Sequence record: MW384823.1
Strand: one strand, 5' to 3'
DNA: 64,000 bases
The translations under genes were made by a program, and so were the position numbers. This document shows positions 28,173 to 36,833 of this stretch, one piece after another (the first letter of the stretch is position 1; each line of letters opens with the position of its first letter). A model generated the notes under the pieces. The model worked only from the letters and a program-made list of their open reading frames with translations, did not search any database and was not told the origin of the DNA.

Positions 28173-28775
28173 ATGACCAAAATCTATCGCATTGCTGTTA
28201 TCGGTTCGCGGGAAACGGAAGAGGCTACCATGGCCGAGATGTACATGGCGCTGCTTCGTGGATTCAACATGCTCCACCACAAAGGCTACAAGATTCTCTA
28301 CAGCAGCGGCGGATGCTGGAAAGGGCCCGACCAATTACAATTCCGGTTTGCTCAACAGTGGGCGAACACTATCGACCAAGACACCGGCAAGAAGGTCGTG
28401 TGGGATGATGAATTCATCTGTTATCTGGCCGACGATAAAAAGATGGGATGGTTGCCGGGACTGCACCGTAACGTCGACTTCCGTGTAATCGCACAGGACG
28501 AACGCTATCGCGATATCGTGCGAAAGCTACACCCTTACCCTGATAAGCTAAAAGAATTCGCCTGGGGGCTTCACGGGCGCAATTTGAACATCATTATGGG
28601 GGATAATCTGGATACGCCGGTCGATGCTGTCTATTATTCGGCTCCGCTGGATAAACACGGCAACCCGACAGGTGGTACCGCCATGGGTGTGAAGTATGCC
28701 AAGGAGTGCGGCATCCCTTGTTATAACCACGGCTACGACGCCCGTAACTGGCTGGAGACCGTGCGTTTATTATGA
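28173..28775 (+). CDS. SLOG-superfamily protein (DprA/Smf-like phage clade)
   Basis: IAVIGSR, SGGCWKGPD, HP......LHGRN, GGTAMGVKYAKECGIPCYN; ATG 28173 with SD ggagg. Confidence 0.75.
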   Translation: MTKIYRIAVIGSRETEEATMAEMYMALLRGFNMLHHKGYKILYSSGGCWKGPDQLQFRFAQQWANTIDQDTGKKVVWDDEFICYLADDKKMGWLPGLHRNVDFRVIAQDERYRDIVRKLHPYPDKLKEFAWGLHGRNLNIIMGDNLDTPVDAVYYSAPLDKHGNPTGGTAMGVKYAKECGIPCYNHGYDARNWLETVRLL

Positions 28776-28802
28776 CCCGGCCGCATACCTGAGGAAGCCA
28801 CT

Positions 28803-29075
28803 ATGAAACCCTATCCGCTCTGGAAACGTTTGTTCTACGCTTTCTTCCCTGAGAAGGAACCGCAACCGAAGAAAATCATCTTCACGTATGATCGCACAGA
28901 GGAAGAATTCTGGACGATGCTGAATAACGATTATCCGGGGTGGACTGCTATCTTTCCGTTCATGGAACGTAACGAGCCGCGCGTGATTCACTATCATGCG
29001 GCGGATGGGGATCTTGTGGCTATCTGTGTACGCTGGCCAAACCGTAACTATTACTACACCGTGCAGGTGTCTTAA
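28803..29075 (+). CDS. Hypothetical protein
   Basis: 90 aa; SD gagga. Confidence 0.6.
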   Translation: MKPYPLWKRLFYAFFPEKEPQPKKIIFTYDRTEEEFWTMLNNDYPGWTAIFPFMERNEPRVIHYHAADGDLVAICVRWPNRNYYYTVQVS

Positions 29076-29090
29076 CGAAGGGGTGTGGCC

Positions 29091-30257
29091 ATGTCGTCAC
29101 CAGATTTAGATTTTATCACGCTGTGTGAGGACTTCGACACAGTGGTGGCACTGGAGTCCATTGGGGTAGGAATGAACAACCCAATGATGCGCTCGATTGC
29201 CATGCGTTGGCAAGTGTTAGATGAGGCCGAAGCCGAATGGGAAGAAGCCGTGGCCCGTGAGTCTAATGCGATGATGGAACGGGCACAGGTTGTCGCTGAC
29301 GGTGCTGCACAAGGCAGTATCGCGAAGAAGGTCGCCATGGACGCCGGGAAAGCAGCAGTAGGTGTTGGGATGGGTGCGGCACGTCTCGCCGGTAAAGGCG
29401 CTGCCAAGGGCGCGAAAGCGGCTGGTAAAGGTGCTGCTCATCTCTCCACCAAACTGCTGGATAAGTTCAAAGAGTGGGCAGAGCATTACGGGCCTATCTT
29501 TAAAGAGAAGCTGGAAGACATGACGTCGAAATCCACCATGATGGAAAAACGTCGTCAAAAGCTGGAATCCAAACTGCACGCAGCGGAAATTCACCCGCAG
29601 GATGTCCGTGTCCTGACATGGGCAAGTTGTGTCTGCTACGAAGACAAGCCTGACCTCGCTAAGTGTATCGAACTGTCGAACCATAGTGAGGCTATGGCCG
29701 CCGCGGTGAAAGAGTACACCGTGAAAGTTGACCAGACCAAACTGATCGTTGACCGCCGTAAGAAGAACGACGATGGTACACTCGATAAAATCGGTTATCC
29801 GTCGAACGCAGCGATTCACCGCGCATCAGGTCTACTCGGCCGCTTTACCGAGAACGATGTTAAAGCCCGTCCGTTGGCTGGTAACGTTATCCTCGTTACC
29901 CGTGGCTTCGGTGCAAAAGAGAAGGTCGAGTTTGCGGTTGCCCGCGAAGCGCAAATCGGTGGTAAGTTCGAAACGCTGTCGAAGGCGGATTGCGAAAAGG
30001 CATTAGAAGCCGTTAAGCGCATTGCTCAAGCGCTTGAAGACCGCAGCGCCAAACGTGGTGTGTTCAGCTACACCGGCATCTATGAAAACATGGAAAAGCT
30101 GCGTGAGCACATGAAGGACTTAGATGGGAAAGAGTTGCGTATCGTTACTCTCCAGTTCAAGAATGCCATGGCCGTCGAAGATGCGTTTACAACAGCACTC
30201 GTTCGTGTGGGTGATGGTCTGCTCAATTGGGTGCAGGCGTCCATTAAGGCGGGTTAA
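29091..30257 (+). CDS. Putative inner-head (ejection-type) protein precursor
   Basis: Acidic N-terminal segment with VALE|S and VARE|S prohead-protease-type sites, followed by an Ala/Gly/Lys-rich segment. Confidence 0.5.
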   Translation: MSSPDLDFITLCEDFDTVVALESIGVGMNNPMMRSIAMRWQVLDEAEAEWEEAVARESNAMMERAQVVADGAAQGSIAKKVAMDAGKAAVGVGMGAARLAGKGAAKGAKAAGKGAAHLSTKLLDKFKEWAEHYGPIFKEKLEDMTSKSTMMEKRRQKLESKLHAAEIHPQDVRVLTWASCVCYEDKPDLAKCIELSNHSEAMAAAVKEYTVKVDQTKLIVDRRKKNDDGTLDKIGYPSNAAIHRASGLLGRFTENDVKARPLAGNVILVTRGFGAKEKVEFAVAREAQIGGKFETLSKADCEKALEAVKRIAQALEDRSAKRGVFSYTGIYENMEKLREHMKDLDGKELRIVTLQFKNAMAVEDAFTTALVRVGDGLLNWVQASIKAG

Positions 30258-30259
30258 GC

Positions 30260-30736
30260 ATGAAAGTCGTTTTAGTTTCTAAGTTAACGTCCCGGTTGGG
30301 TCAGAAGTTCCACGCCGAGTTAACCGATTTGCACAACAGTCTCTATAACGACCAACAGGCCCGTCTTAAAGACCTGAATGGTCGTAACGGCTTTAATGAA
30401 ATCGATGATGTCTCCGAGGTCTGGAGTGAAGGCCAGCAGGCTGCCGTGGCTGTCGACGATGAAGGTCGCGCGGTGGGGTTCCTGTCCTTCTCTATCCAGA
30501 CCGGTCGGTCGAATATGGGCAGTAAGTGGTTGTGGATTTACAACTTCTACGTCAATAACGACCAGCGGGGTAAAGGCGTCGGGCTCCTGCTGATGAACGC
30601 GGTGCGTGACCATGGGAAAGCCAAAGGCTGTGGTTTCATGCAGCTCTACGTGCTGGACAACAATCAGCAAGCGATTGCGATGTACCAGAAGTTTGGTTTT
30701 CGCACCGAGTATCGGGATATGGTGAAGGAGATTTAA
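30260..30736 (+). CDS. GNAT-family acetyltransferase
   Basis: FYVNNDQRGKGVGLLLM, LYVLDNNQQAIAMYQKFGF. Confidence 0.9.
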   Translation: MKVVLVSKLTSRLGQKFHAELTDLHNSLYNDQQARLKDLNGRNGFNEIDDVSEVWSEGQQAAVAVDDEGRAVGFLSFSIQTGRSNMGSKWLWIYNFYVNNDQRGKGVGLLLMNAVRDHGKAKGCGFMQLYVLDNNQQAIAMYQKFGFRTEYRDMVKEI

Positions 30737-31342
30737 ATGGCAACTGTTCGCAATGTGCCCCATCAGGAGGGCCGTCATTATACGTTTGGTGTGAAGCGGC
30801 ACTTCTTGGGTTTCCGTCCGGGATGGAAAGTCGTTCGCGTTGCGGGCAGTTTCTGGCAACTCCCACCGAATGTGTTGAAGCATTACTCGGCAGAGCAGAT
30901 ACAACATTTCCTCACGCTGGCGGACTGGAGACAGAAAGAGTCCTTTAACCGCATCAAGTGTAACGAAATTGGTAAGTCTCGGAATGCCACCGAGCGGGGT
31001 GTTTACTGGACGGGACAGAACGCGTTTCAGACGGGTGGGTTTGTTGGCCCAACGGAAGTGCGTGAAATTGAAGGGCAACTGGATGGCAGAAAGCTTATCG
31101 GCCTGCACATCCACTGTCCTGATTCCCCTCAGTATGACTACCTGCTCGTTACCGATAAAGATGTGACCTTCTCGACGTTCTACAAGTACCTCTTGTTTTA
31201 CAGCGATAAGATCTACTTCTACGCGTTCAATCGTGATACGCCGTGGGATATCGGTTTTCCTTACTTACGCCTACGGAGTAAAGAGGCATGTTCTATCGAG
31301 AACTTCAACAGTATACCGACGCTTTGCAAAGAAGCGAGCTAA
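30737..31342 (+). CDS. Hypothetical protein
   Basis: 201 aa; abuts the GNAT stop; SD aaggag. Confidence 0.65.
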   Translation: MATVRNVPHQEGRHYTFGVKRHFLGFRPGWKVVRVAGSFWQLPPNVLKHYSAEQIQHFLTLADWRQKESFNRIKCNEIGKSRNATERGVYWTGQNAFQTGGFVGPTEVREIEGQLDGRKLIGLHIHCPDSPQYDYLLVTDKDVTFSTFYKYLLFYSDKIYFYAFNRDTPWDIGFPYLRLRSKEACSIENFNSIPTLCKEAS

Positions 31343-31656
31343 AGCACGACAGTAACTTTGATGATGTCACGGATGTCCTTTCTCAATTTGAAGACCTCGT
31401 TGTTGTTGTCAAAACTGACCCAATCGGGGACCAGTCGCGCAGCTTAGAGTTGATTCTGCGTAACCCCCATGGGCGGTTCCATTTACGTTTCCGATACAGT
31501 AAGGATTTTTTGCTCACCTTATTGTGTCACGTTGAAACGAATGGCCAGCGCCACAAAGTGCGTTGGTGGGACGATTATTCTAAGTTCGAGTACGCAGAAG
31601 CAGAACACCGCCAAACCGTATACGACTTTATGCGAGCCGTAATTAACGGATTTTGA
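31288..31656 (+). CDS. Hypothetical protein
   Basis: 122 aa; SD agagg; overlaps the upstream ORF by 55 nt. Confidence 0.6.
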   Translation: MFYRELQQYTDALQRSELKHDSNFDDVTDVLSQFEDLVVVVKTDPIGDQSRSLELILRNPHGRFHLRFRYSKDFLLTLLCHVETNGQRHKVRWWDDYSKFEYAEAEHRQTVYDFMRAVINGF

Positions 31657-31666
31657 GAGAGCGAAA

Positions 31667-32266
31667 ATGCCTGAGATGATCTTAGACTCGCTTTTCCTGA
31701 TTACCAATGCGTACATTGATAAGAATGGTAAACTGCCGGTGCGTATCTGCGTCCGGCGCAGTGGCGTGAGCCGCCTGTATCACATTACCAAAGTCTTAGA
31801 CATTGCGTGTAAAGTAACCGGGATGAAGCGACCGAAAACCCTGAACAACTTTAAACACATTCAGGGTATTTTACACAAAGCCATGTGTGACATGCACCGT
31901 AAGCGTCGTCACTCGCCGTACCATCCATTAACACGGGCATCAGGAGGTAACGTGGAGTATCGTGAGAACATCGTTAACCTGCGTCCGGGTTTCTGTAACG
32001 TCAATGGGCTGGGTGCACAACGTCTGCGGAACATTATCCAAGGTAAGAACGTTGAACCGACGCCGCAGGAAGCGGAACACGCGATGTCGTTGTTGCGTGC
32101 TGCTGAACTGGTTGTGGTGGAGTCTGAGGCGGAAGCCTACCGGATGCAGTTCTTCTTGACTGAACGCGGACTGACGGCCTTGGTGGTCTACGGTGAAACG
32201 GCAGACAAGCTGAACCTGCCGAGCACAGATGGTGTCTGGTCGAAACCGACGGTTGAACACCAGTAA
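31667..32266 (+). CDS. Hypothetical basic protein
   Basis: 199 aa; followed by a terminator. Confidence 0.65.
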   Translation: MPEMILDSLFLITNAYIDKNGKLPVRICVRRSGVSRLYHITKVLDIACKVTGMKRPKTLNNFKHIQGILHKAMCDMHRKRRHSPYHPLTRASGGNVEYRENIVNLRPGFCNVNGLGAQRLRNIIQGKNVEPTPQEAEHAMSLLRAAELVVVESEAEAYRMQFFLTERGLTALVVYGETADKLNLPSTDGVWSKPTVEHQ

Positions 32267-32271
32267 GGTTT

Positions 32272-32308
32272 ACCCACCCTTCGGGGTGGGTTTACTCTAT
32301 CTTTTTTT
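32272..32308 (+). terminator. Intrinsic terminator
   Basis: acccaccc-TTCG-gggtgggt plus T-rich tail. Confidence 0.75.
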
Positions 32309-32329
32309 GAATAGATATTATTTAGGTGA
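32309..32329 (+). promoter_or_regulatory. Early promoter motif, copy 4
   Basis: GAATAGATATTATTTAGGTGA. Confidence 0.65.
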
Positions 32330-32420
32330 GATAGCAATAGTTATCTTTTTACAAGAGATACTCTAAGTATGCCGTAGTGCGTCGGTTAAAACGCATCAAC
32401 TAACCTAAGAGAGAAATACC

Positions 32421-33170
32421 ATGACTGTTAAAGCTGAGAAAAAAGAGTTCCTGTCCGTGTCTACCCCAGATGGTCAATACCGCTATGTATTTTTATACAA
32501 TGCGGATTCTGTCGGTAATCATGGACTTCCCCGTTCACTCGAGCATAAACTCATCGGCACCAAAACTGGCGGTACGGTCGTTCCCGGCGGTTTCGAAGTG
32601 TTTGCACCGAACGCAACACGCGAGGATATTATTCGCGAAATGCTTGCGGCAATGCGTAACGTTTCGGCCAAGATGTTCTTTAAGCAGGTTGCACGGAAAC
32701 CGCATCTTATCGATGCGTGGAAAGAATTCGATTTAGAGGCGCTGCGTGAAGAAGCCTCGCGGTATGTGTCCATTGAGGAGTGCATCAACGCATTTTTCAG
32801 TGAAGTGATGCAAACCGAGCGGTTGATTAGAAGGCCGTCGGAAGTAGAGCAGTTCTATCGTAAGGTCAGTAGCACTGAAAACCTTCGGGCTAACTTCAAT
32901 GATATTGAGTTGCGTGTGACGCGTCGTATGTCTCTGCTTTTCACTGATAAGGATGCGATGCGAATTATGCTGTCGTATTCTCTGACACCGCCAGCAGGTC
33001 TTCCGAGGAAAGACGATTTTGACGTACGTGGTCTTGGCTTCACTAACAACTATTCGTTAGAGAACTGGCCGTCGCTGAATCGCTTTTTCGATGACCCTGC
33101 AATCAAGCCAGTCATCGAAGCATGGATTGAACATACTTGGAATCCCGAAATGAAGGAAACCAAGAAATAA
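32421..33170 (+). CDS. Hypothetical early protein (monocistronic)
   Basis: 249 aa, between a promoter motif and a terminator. Confidence 0.7.
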   Translation: MTVKAEKKEFLSVSTPDGQYRYVFLYNADSVGNHGLPRSLEHKLIGTKTGGTVVPGGFEVFAPNATREDIIREMLAAMRNVSAKMFFKQVARKPHLIDAWKEFDLEALREEASRYVSIEECINAFFSEVMQTERLIRRPSEVEQFYRKVSSTENLRANFNDIELRVTRRMSLLFTDKDAMRIMLSYSLTPPAGLPRKDDFDVRGLGFTNNYSLENWPSLNRFFDDPAIKPVIEAWIEHTWNPEMKETKK

Positions 33171-33183
33171 GAATCTGTTAACT

Positions 33184-33221
33184 CAGGCATCCTTCGGGGT
33201 GCCTGCTTTATATTTTTTTTT
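33184..33221 (+). terminator. Intrinsic terminator
   Basis: caggcatcc-TTCG-gggtgcctg plus T-tract. Confidence 0.8.
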
Positions 33222-33285
33222 GTTCGATTACAGCAAGTGTACATTATGTGTACAGAACACTTAAAGATTTAATGGGGAAAACGTA

Positions 33286-33927
33286 ATGACAGCCATTACC
33301 GCGGCCTTCGATGGTCACGATTATGCTGGGAAGTCTACGATGGTGCAGAAGGTTCGTGCCGTCCTAGAAGGTCTGGGTCTGCGAGTGAAGGTGGTTAACC
33401 ACCCGTGTGCGGATACCGAGACAGGGCAGTTTGCTCGCCGTCAGTTAGTGACAGGCGTGGCAGATGCGCAGGTGGCACGGGCAATGTGTCAGGATTTTGA
33501 ATACACACTGCAATACGTCGTACCCCAATACGACGTGGTCTTGCTTGACCGTTGGGCACCCGTGACCATCGCAAACCAAGGTGATGAAGGCCGTCAGGAA
33601 GTCTTCCGCTCTGGTGTATGTAACCAGCCGGGTTCTCCCCAGATTTATGTTTCGATGGAAGTCGGTTTTGAAACCGCTAAACTCCGTCGTAGCAAACGTC
33701 TGGCTGAGAAAGGGTTGGACTGGGATGATGCGGTCAGTGGTAAGATGTTCGAGTCGGAAGAAGCGTGGGATGCGTATCGCGATCGTTATCGTTATGCATT
33801 CCAGATTCTGACCGAGGGCGGGGATAAGTTTCAGTGGCTGAAGTTTGACGAACAGTCTGACCAAGTCACTGCTCCGCTGACTATCGCGACCGCAATCGCA
33901 GTGGCGTACGTGAACAAACTAAAATAA
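33286..33927 (+). CDS. tmk: Thymidylate (dNMP) kinase
   Basis: P-loop AFDGHDYAGKST, VVLLDRW, P..YVSMEV...TAK.R. Confidence 0.8.
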   Translation: MTAITAAFDGHDYAGKSTMVQKVRAVLEGLGLRVKVVNHPCADTETGQFARRQLVTGVADAQVARAMCQDFEYTLQYVVPQYDVVLLDRWAPVTIANQGDEGRQEVFRSGVCNQPGSPQIYVSMEVGFETAKLRRSKRLAEKGLDWDDAVSGKMFESEEAWDAYRDRYRYAFQILTEGGDKFQWLKFDEQSDQVTAPLTIATAIAVAYVNKLK

Positions 33928-33934
33928 GAAATAC

Positions 33935-33969
33935 CCCTCTTACCTTCGGGTAAGAGGGTTTTATTTTTT
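33935..33969 (+). terminator. Intrinsic terminator
   Basis: ccctcttacc-TTCG-ggtaagaggg plus T-tract. Confidence 0.8.
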
Positions 33970-34009
33970 ACACCACCGGATAGTCCTATGCTTTATTCCA
34001 CAAAATCTC

Positions 34010-34031
34010 AGATAGATATCATCTAGGTGGA
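34010..34031 (+). promoter_or_regulatory. Early promoter motif, copy 5
   Basis: AGATAGATATCATCTAGGTGGA, directly upstream of the XRE HTH gene. Confidence 0.65.
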
Positions 34032-34075
34032 CATTGAAATCAATGTCTTATTGTACCCACAAGGAGAATCAAATA

Positions 34076-34426
34076 ATGCGTTATATCCACGATGCTACCC
34101 GCAGTGCTAAAAACAAGTTCGTCAACCAGATGAGCTTCATCATTGAAAAGATTGTTGAAGACGGTGTGACTCAGCGTGAACTTGCTGATGTCGCTAAAGT
34201 CTCACCGGGCGTCATTAGCAACATCAAATTCGGTCGTGTTGACCGTGTTTCATTCGACGTCGTTAAGCGTGTCGCCGATGCCCTGCGTCTGGAATATACT
34301 ATCACCGTAACGTCCCGCTTTGGTAAGGCTACCGAAGTCGTGACCGTACAAACCGGTTATGAATATATGAGACTCAATGCCGCATGGCAGGGTCATCAGG
34401 CTAAGTCCGTCCGTATCGCACATTAA
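34076..34426 (+). CDS. XRE-family helix-turn-helix protein
   Basis: GVTQRELADVAKVSPGVISNIKFGRVDRVSFDVVKRVADAL; ATG 34076 with SD aaggag. Confidence 0.85.
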   Translation: MRYIHDATRSAKNKFVNQMSFIIEKIVEDGVTQRELADVAKVSPGVISNIKFGRVDRVSFDVVKRVADALRLEYTITVTSRFGKATEVVTVQTGYEYMRLNAAWQGHQAKSVRIAH

Positions 34427-34437
34427 TCGAGGTTACC

Positions 34438-34902
34438 ATGAAAGCAATTTATGCCGCTGGTAAGACCCAGCACATCATCTCCCCACACGACGAATGCTGC
34501 CCACACCTCCATCAGTGGCAAATCGCGCCGTACTACACCGCGCAAATCGTTGGCCCTATCCGTACGGTGTTCTATACCTGTAAGTCGTGCCACGAAGCGT
34601 TACAGAACGAAATCGCGCAGAACTTTATCCTCTGCAACGATTGCCGTAAACCGATGGCCCCGGAAGAAGTCATTTGCTGGTCACCGTATGACACAAATCC
34701 GGCAGAACCGACCATCTATCTGTGCAAAGACTGTGAGTGTGGTACGAAGCACTTTGACCGTGTCGAATACGACCGTGCGAACTTCGTGCAAAGCTATCCG
34801 GCCAAGCAACGCAACCTCCGCCTGCTCGCAACAAGTGAAGTTGGCATGAACATGCGTTATATCCCGGAGCCGATTCGTCGCCCGTATGACACACACATCT
34901 AA
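34438..34902 (+). CDS. Cys-rich zinc-finger protein
   Basis: ECCPH, CKSCH, CNDC, CKDCEC. Confidence 0.7.
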   Translation: MKAIYAAGKTQHIISPHDECCPHLHQWQIAPYYTAQIVGPIRTVFYTCKSCHEALQNEIAQNFILCNDCRKPMAPEEVICWSPYDTNPAEPTIYLCKDCECGTKHFDRVEYDRANFVQSYPAKQRNLRLLATSEVGMNMRYIPEPIRRPYDTHI

Positions 34903-34912
34903 AAGTAAAGTA

Positions 34913-34941
34913 AAGGGGGTCTTTCCCCCTTCTTATTTTTT
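34913..34941 (+). terminator. Intrinsic terminator
   Basis: aaggggg-tcttt-ccccctt plus T-tract. Confidence 0.6.
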
Positions 34942-35000
34942 GCCTTTTTACGCAACTTCCCTTTCCTGTGAATAACAAGAATTTGTTGCGGGGGAAATCG

Positions 35001-36008
35001 ATGCAATCGATAGCGCAATCAACCATCATTAAACCGTCGGTCGAACCGACAGAACAGCAAATCAATATCACCATCGAGCGGCTTACTTGGGGTAGCGAAA
35101 AAGCGCGCGAGTATTACCATGCCTTTGGGTCACGTACCATTCCGATTAAGCGCCTGAACGTCATTCTCAAAAATGCACAGTATCAAGTCTTTGGTCTGCG
35201 TAACGACAGGCACACCCCGCTCGGGTATGTCTCGGTCATTACCACCATGGGGGATGAAACGCTTATCATCCACCATGCGGAGGAGATTATCTCTAAGTCT
35301 CTTAACAAAGTGGCGATGATGATGTTGTTGGATCACGTCGGGTGCCGCTATGCGATGGCAGTTGACGGAACATCTGATAACTTCGACTTCCGCGAACGCA
35401 TGGGTTTTAAGCTGATCGAAAACAACTGGATGGTGAACTGTAAGCCGTACGAGAAACTCCCTATCGATAAACGGATTGTGGATGTCTCTGGCTTAGAGTC
35501 CCTCAGCGAACATCAGCTTGAACAACTTACTGATTTAGTCCGCCACACCATCTGGCGCGAAGGACAGACCGACCCCTTCGGTCGGGAAATCTTCCGTGAG
35601 GTGTTGCCGGAGTCGGTGATTGAACGTGGGCGCACCAGTCAGTATAAAACGCTGATTTGGATAGACGCGGGAGATATCCTCGGTGTCGCACAACTTCAAT
35701 ACGCCCAATGGGGCGAGGTTATCCTCAGTGGTGTTGGGGTTGATGGCTCACACACCGGCAAACGCATCGGGCGTAATCTGGTTGCTGCTGCAACCCAGAA
35801 AGCGGGTATGTCCCATGAACACCTGATGGCAACCACCTTTGCAGACAACGGGCCAATGAACCACCTATTTGGCAATCTGTTAGGTTGGGAAGTGTTGCCG
35901 GGGTCAATCGGCGTCGAGCTGGTTGAGAATGCGGTAAGCTGGAAGAAGTCGAAGAAGTATCTGGGCGCGACAGCCGGTCACGGCGCTCCAGTGTACAAAG
36001 GGGATTAA
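35001..36008 (+). CDS. Tandem (two-domain) GNAT acetyltransferase
   Basis: C-terminal domain has GVGVDGSHTGKRIGRNLV (motif A) and N.PMNHLF..LLGW; N-terminal domain ends NFDFRERMGF. Confidence 0.7.
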   Translation: MQSIAQSTIIKPSVEPTEQQINITIERLTWGSEKAREYYHAFGSRTIPIKRLNVILKNAQYQVFGLRNDRHTPLGYVSVITTMGDETLIIHHAEEIISKSLNKVAMMMLLDHVGCRYAMAVDGTSDNFDFRERMGFKLIENNWMVNCKPYEKLPIDKRIVDVSGLESLSEHQLEQLTDLVRHTIWREGQTDPFGREIFREVLPESVIERGRTSQYKTLIWIDAGDILGVAQLQYAQWGEVILSGVGVDGSHTGKRIGRNLVAAATQKAGMSHEHLMATTFADNGPMNHLFGNLLGWEVLPGSIGVELVENAVSWKKSKKYLGATAGHGAPVYKGD

Positions 36009-36009
36009 G

Positions 36010-36831
36010 ATGCGTTCTATTTTAAAATGGGTTGGTGGAAAGAAGCGAATCATCCAACCCTTGCGTAAGGTGTTCGGTGATGTCGAATGTTTCGTCGAGC
36101 CGTTCGTGGGCGCAGGGTCGGTGTTCCTCAACACCAACTTCCCGAAGTACATTCTGTCTGACTACAATCCCGACTTGGTTGCCGTGCTCCGTTCTGCGAT
36201 GGAAGCCCCGGATGATTTGGTCGAGGCTTGTGAGCAGCTGTGGGTAAACGGCTGTGACCCTGAGGTCTACGATGCACGTCGTGCGATACTTAACGACCGT
36301 GAGAAGGTGACTGTCGAGGATACCATTGACCGTGCGGCTATCTTTATTTACCTGAACCGCCATGGGTACAACGGATTGTGCCGCTACAACAAGTCCGGTG
36401 GCTATAATGTCCCGTACGGTGACCATCCAACCAAACCGTATCTACCCAAAGAAGAGATTCATGCTTTCTGGAAACGCTGCACCGAATCCGAAGTAGAATT
36501 GCGCTGCTGTGGTTTCGAGGAGACGATTATCAATGCACCGAAAGGTTCACTGATATACGCTGATCCTCCGTACATACCCAGCTCGAAAACTTCTTCGTTC
36601 GCGCAGTACCATAAATCCTCCTTTAACCAACAACATCAACGCCAATTGGCCAAGCTCCTGAAAGAAGCGCACCTCCGTGGTTGTCGTGTAGTCTTGTCGA
36701 ACTCTGATACGCTGCTCACCAAAGACATCTACTATGGCTTCCAATGGCAGACTGTAGAGGTGGGGCGGTATTTGGGATCGAAGGCTGAAACCCGTGGACG
36801 TGTAAACGAGCTGATTGGTGTTCTGGAGTAA
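36010..36831 (+). CDS. dam: DNA adenine methyltransferase (Dam family)
   Basis: LKWVGGK, EPFVGAGSV, YLNRHGYNGLCRYN..GGYNVPYG, YADPPY. Confidence 0.95.
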   Translation: MRSILKWVGGKKRIIQPLRKVFGDVECFVEPFVGAGSVFLNTNFPKYILSDYNPDLVAVLRSAMEAPDDLVEACEQLWVNGCDPEVYDARRAILNDREKVTVEDTIDRAAIFIYLNRHGYNGLCRYNKSGGYNVPYGDHPTKPYLPKEEIHAFWKRCTESEVELRCCGFEETIINAPKGSLIYADPPYIPSSKTSSFAQYHKSSFNQQHQRQLAKLLKEAHLRGCRVVLSNSDTLLTKDIYYGFQWQTVEVGRYLGSKAETRGRVNELIGVLE

Positions 36832-36833
36832 CC

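Noticed and set aside
31667-32266. KilA-N/Bro-like DNA-binding domain
   Set aside because: Only vague resemblance (VRICVRR...ITKVLDIA...KRPK); conserved NAT/W residues are missing.
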